From: Mucilaginibacter sp.
GTDB taxonomy: Bacteria > Bacteroidota > Bacteroidia > Sphingobacteriales > Sphingobacteriaceae
DNA: 24,000 bases
Reading direction: 5' to 3' (one strand)
Assembly: GCF_031292485.1 (NCBI RefSeq)
Contig: NZ_JARLHA010000038.1
Numbering within the stretch: position 1 is the first letter of the stretch; every line of letters starts with the position of its first letter. The notes under the pieces were generated by a model. The model worked only from the letters and a program-made list of their open reading frames with translations, had not been told where the DNA came from and searched no databases. Shown in pieces: positions 22,383-24,000 of this stretch. Both the position numbers and the translations under genes were made by a program.

Positions 22383-23607
22383 AAACTAACTCCTTTCTAT
22401 AACAAAGTATGTACTTTTTAACCGTTTTTGCTAGTGCTTCCAAATTTGAGTTATCACTGGCTGCGGTTATGTCTTTTATTGTACCATCTTTCATTAAAAT
22501 ACGGATGTTGCCGTCGCCCGACCGGTAAGCATTGTTCCGGATTGTATCATCAAATACAAAATACGATGCCTCATGTGCCGAAATATCATATTTGGCCATC
22601 GCTTTAGCGGTCAGCTTTTCTATAATTTGTTTATCAGGCGGCTGGTTGGTGATATCAACCTTATAAAGGTCGCGATACACCATATCCTGGCAAAGTTTCG
22701 AGAGTACCCAATCATCGTGCGTTGCCCAAACTTTTACAGCGGCCATAATATCGGTATCATCCAGGGTGGCAAAGGCTTCGAGGTGATGGCCCTCATTCAT
22801 AAAAGCCCCGCTGCTGATAGGCTTTCTTAAAAAATGACTTAGCGCCGGCGTTGTAAAAACATTTTCGCCCATTAAAGTAAGTTCGCGGCTGCGTTTCATT
22901 ATCCGCACTAAAAGCTGCTCGGCCGCAATCACGGTTTTATGCAGGTATACCTGCCAGTACATTAACCTGCGGGCAATTAAAAATTTTTCAACTGAATAGA
23001 TCCCTTTTTCCTCCACTACGATGTGATCGTCTTTCACATTCAGCATTTTAATAATCCGGTCGGAGCTGATAACTCCTTCAGAAACGCCGGTAAAAAAGCT
23101 GTCGCGGTTCAGGTAATCCATCCGGTCCATATCCAACTGGCTCGACACCAGCTGGTGCAAAAACTCGCGGGGATAAAGGCCTTTAAATATTTCAATAGCC
23201 ATTGTTAAACGGCCGTCAAACTGCATATTGAGCTTACTCATCAGCATGGCCGAAATATCCTCATGTGAGATGCCCTCGACAATGGTTTCTTCGAGCGCGT
23301 GCGAAAACGGCCCGTGCCCGATATCGTGCAATAGTATGGCGATGATAACCGCTCCTTCTTCCTCGTGCGAAATTTCGTGACCTTTATTGCGCAGCGTTTC
23401 AATAGCCATTCCCATCAGGTACATTGCGCCAAGGGCATGATGAAACCGGGTGTGCAAAGCACCGGGATATACCAGATGCGTCATCCCCAGCTGTTTGATG
23501 TAGCGCAGCCTTTGAAAATACGGGTGTTCAATCAGGTCAAATACCAGCTCGGTAGGGATGCTGATAAAGCCGTAAACGGGGTCGTTTATTATTTTCTTTT
23601 TATTCAA
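22381..23607 (-). CDS. HD domain phosphohydrolase (SAMHD1/dNTPase-like)
   Basis: 408-aa ORF. NDPVYGFISIP, RFHHALGAMYL, LLHDIGHGPFSH and DMDRMDYLNRD motifs. Confidence 0.85.
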   Translation of the reverse strand: MNKKKIINDPVYGFISIPTELVFDLIEHPYFQRLRYIKQLGMTHLVYPGALHTRFHHALGAMYLMGMAIETLRNKGHEISHEEEGAVIIAILLHDIGHGPFSHALEETIVEGISHEDISAMLMSKLNMQFDGRLTMAIEIFKGLYPREFLHQLVSSQLDMDRMDYLNRDSFFTGVSEGVISSDRIIKMLNVKDDHIVVEEKGIYSVEKFLIARRLMYWQVYLHKTVIAAEQLLVRIMKRSRELTLMGENVFTTPALSHFLRKPISSGAFMNEGHHLEAFATLDDTDIMAAVKVWATHDDWVLSKLCQDMVYRDLYKVDITNQPPDKQIIEKLTAKAMAKYDISAHEASYFVFDDTIRNNAYRSGDGNIRILMKDGTIKDITAASDNSNLEALAKTVKKYILCYRKELV

Positions 23608-23721
23608 AATTTTTAATAGCGTGCAAAAATGTAAATAAAGGTAATAACCCTGTACTATATTTGTTAATTTTTGTTAATGATTAGTAATAGCCGTAACAAA
23701 AGCCGTGCTTTGTGGTTAATA

Positions 23722-23821
23722 GTCTGAACCCGAATTTGTAGAATTTATTGAATTAACAGAATTTTAAACGCAATAGCATAATTCCAAAAATTCTGTTAAT
23801 TCAATAAATTCGAGTTCAGAC
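23722..23821. repeat. word palindrome h (GAATTT-rich arms, 25-bp perfect core)
   Basis: GAATTTATTGAATTAACAGAATTTT (23741-23765) pairs perfectly with AAAATTCTGTTAATTCAATAAATTC (23787-23811). The outer pair is GTCTGAAC (23722-23729) / GTTCAGAC (23814-23821). Confidence 0.8.
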
Positions 23822-23838
23822 ATCTAAATAAAGATACC

Positions 23839-24000
23839 ATGCAAGATACATCCATTTTATGGGCCGACGACGAGATCGACCTTTTAAAGCCGCATATACT
23901 TTTTTTAACGGAAAAAGGCTACAAAGTTACCACCGTTACCAATGGTGCCGATGCTGTTGAAATATTCAAAAATAATTATTTCGACCTGGTTTTTTTGGAT
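23839..24000 (+). CDS. response regulator receiver domain protein (5' partial, runs off the window)
   Basis: 54 in-frame codons: [43 protein letters not shown]...DLVFLD. This is the receiver pattern with acidic DDE and the phospho-acceptor D. A PorX-like identity is only a guess from the N-terminal pattern and gene context. Confidence 0.75.
   Translation, partial: MQDTSILWADDEIDLLKPHILFLTEKGYKVTTVTNGADAVEIFKNNYFDLVFLD

Noticed and set aside
9902-23821. Could the tandem-word loci be CRISPR arrays or degenerate CRISPR remnants?
   Set aside because: The units are only 7-8 nt, directly abutting, with no unique spacers. The second half is the reverse complement of the first. No cas genes are present.
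9902-23821. Word palindromes as ordinary MITEs
   Set aside because: Their lengths (65-141 nt) would fit, but I could find no target-site duplications at the arm ends of loci b, d or g. The terminal sequences differ between loci except for a and b. This is not excluded and needs a genome-wide copy count.

Overview
This 24-kb chromosomal window looks like Bacteroidota, probably a Sphingobacteriaceae (Mucilaginibacter/Pedobacter-like) genome. That is inferred from the fused lpxC/fabZ gene, the lipobox lipoproteins and exact TAnnTTTG -7 boxes upstream of several starts. I call 30 protein-coding features. The right third (18.2-23.6 kb, minus strand) holds HD phosphohydrolase - lpxD - lpxC/fabZ - lpxA - ABC ATPase, then the 5' end of a response regulator. 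The middle (9.1-18.1 kb) holds SDR + TetR, a cupin, three tandem paralogous lipoproteins interrupted by a MaoC dehydratase, an LLM oxidoreductase, a PA2169-type four-helix protein, a PIN toxin/antitoxin pair with a frameshifted toxin, and an acyl-CoA desaturase. The left (0-9 kb) looks accessory: an AT-rich AlbA_2/Schlafen-like protein, a RebB-like (R-body family) protein, ParE/RelE and GNAT/DUF1778 toxin-antitoxin modules, a sphingomyelin-synthase-like PAP2 membrane enzyme, a cyclophilin, a RibD_C reductase and an S41 peptidase. I saw no rRNA, tRNA, CRISPR array, transposase or integrase. The most unusual content is non-coding. (1) Eight intergenic 'word palindromes' lie between 9.9 and 23.8 kb. 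Each has arms built from tandem 7-8-nt words and their reverse complements. The word differs at nearly every locus, and three of them punctuate the lipid A cluster. (2) A REP-like dispersed element (AACTACGGA core plus GAGAC/GTCTC hairpin) has at least 8 same-orientation copies confined to 2.1-9.0 kb, interleaved with the TA/RebB/AlbA_2 genes. All functional readings of these repeats are inference. Protein calls rest on motif recognition by eye, not on database searches.
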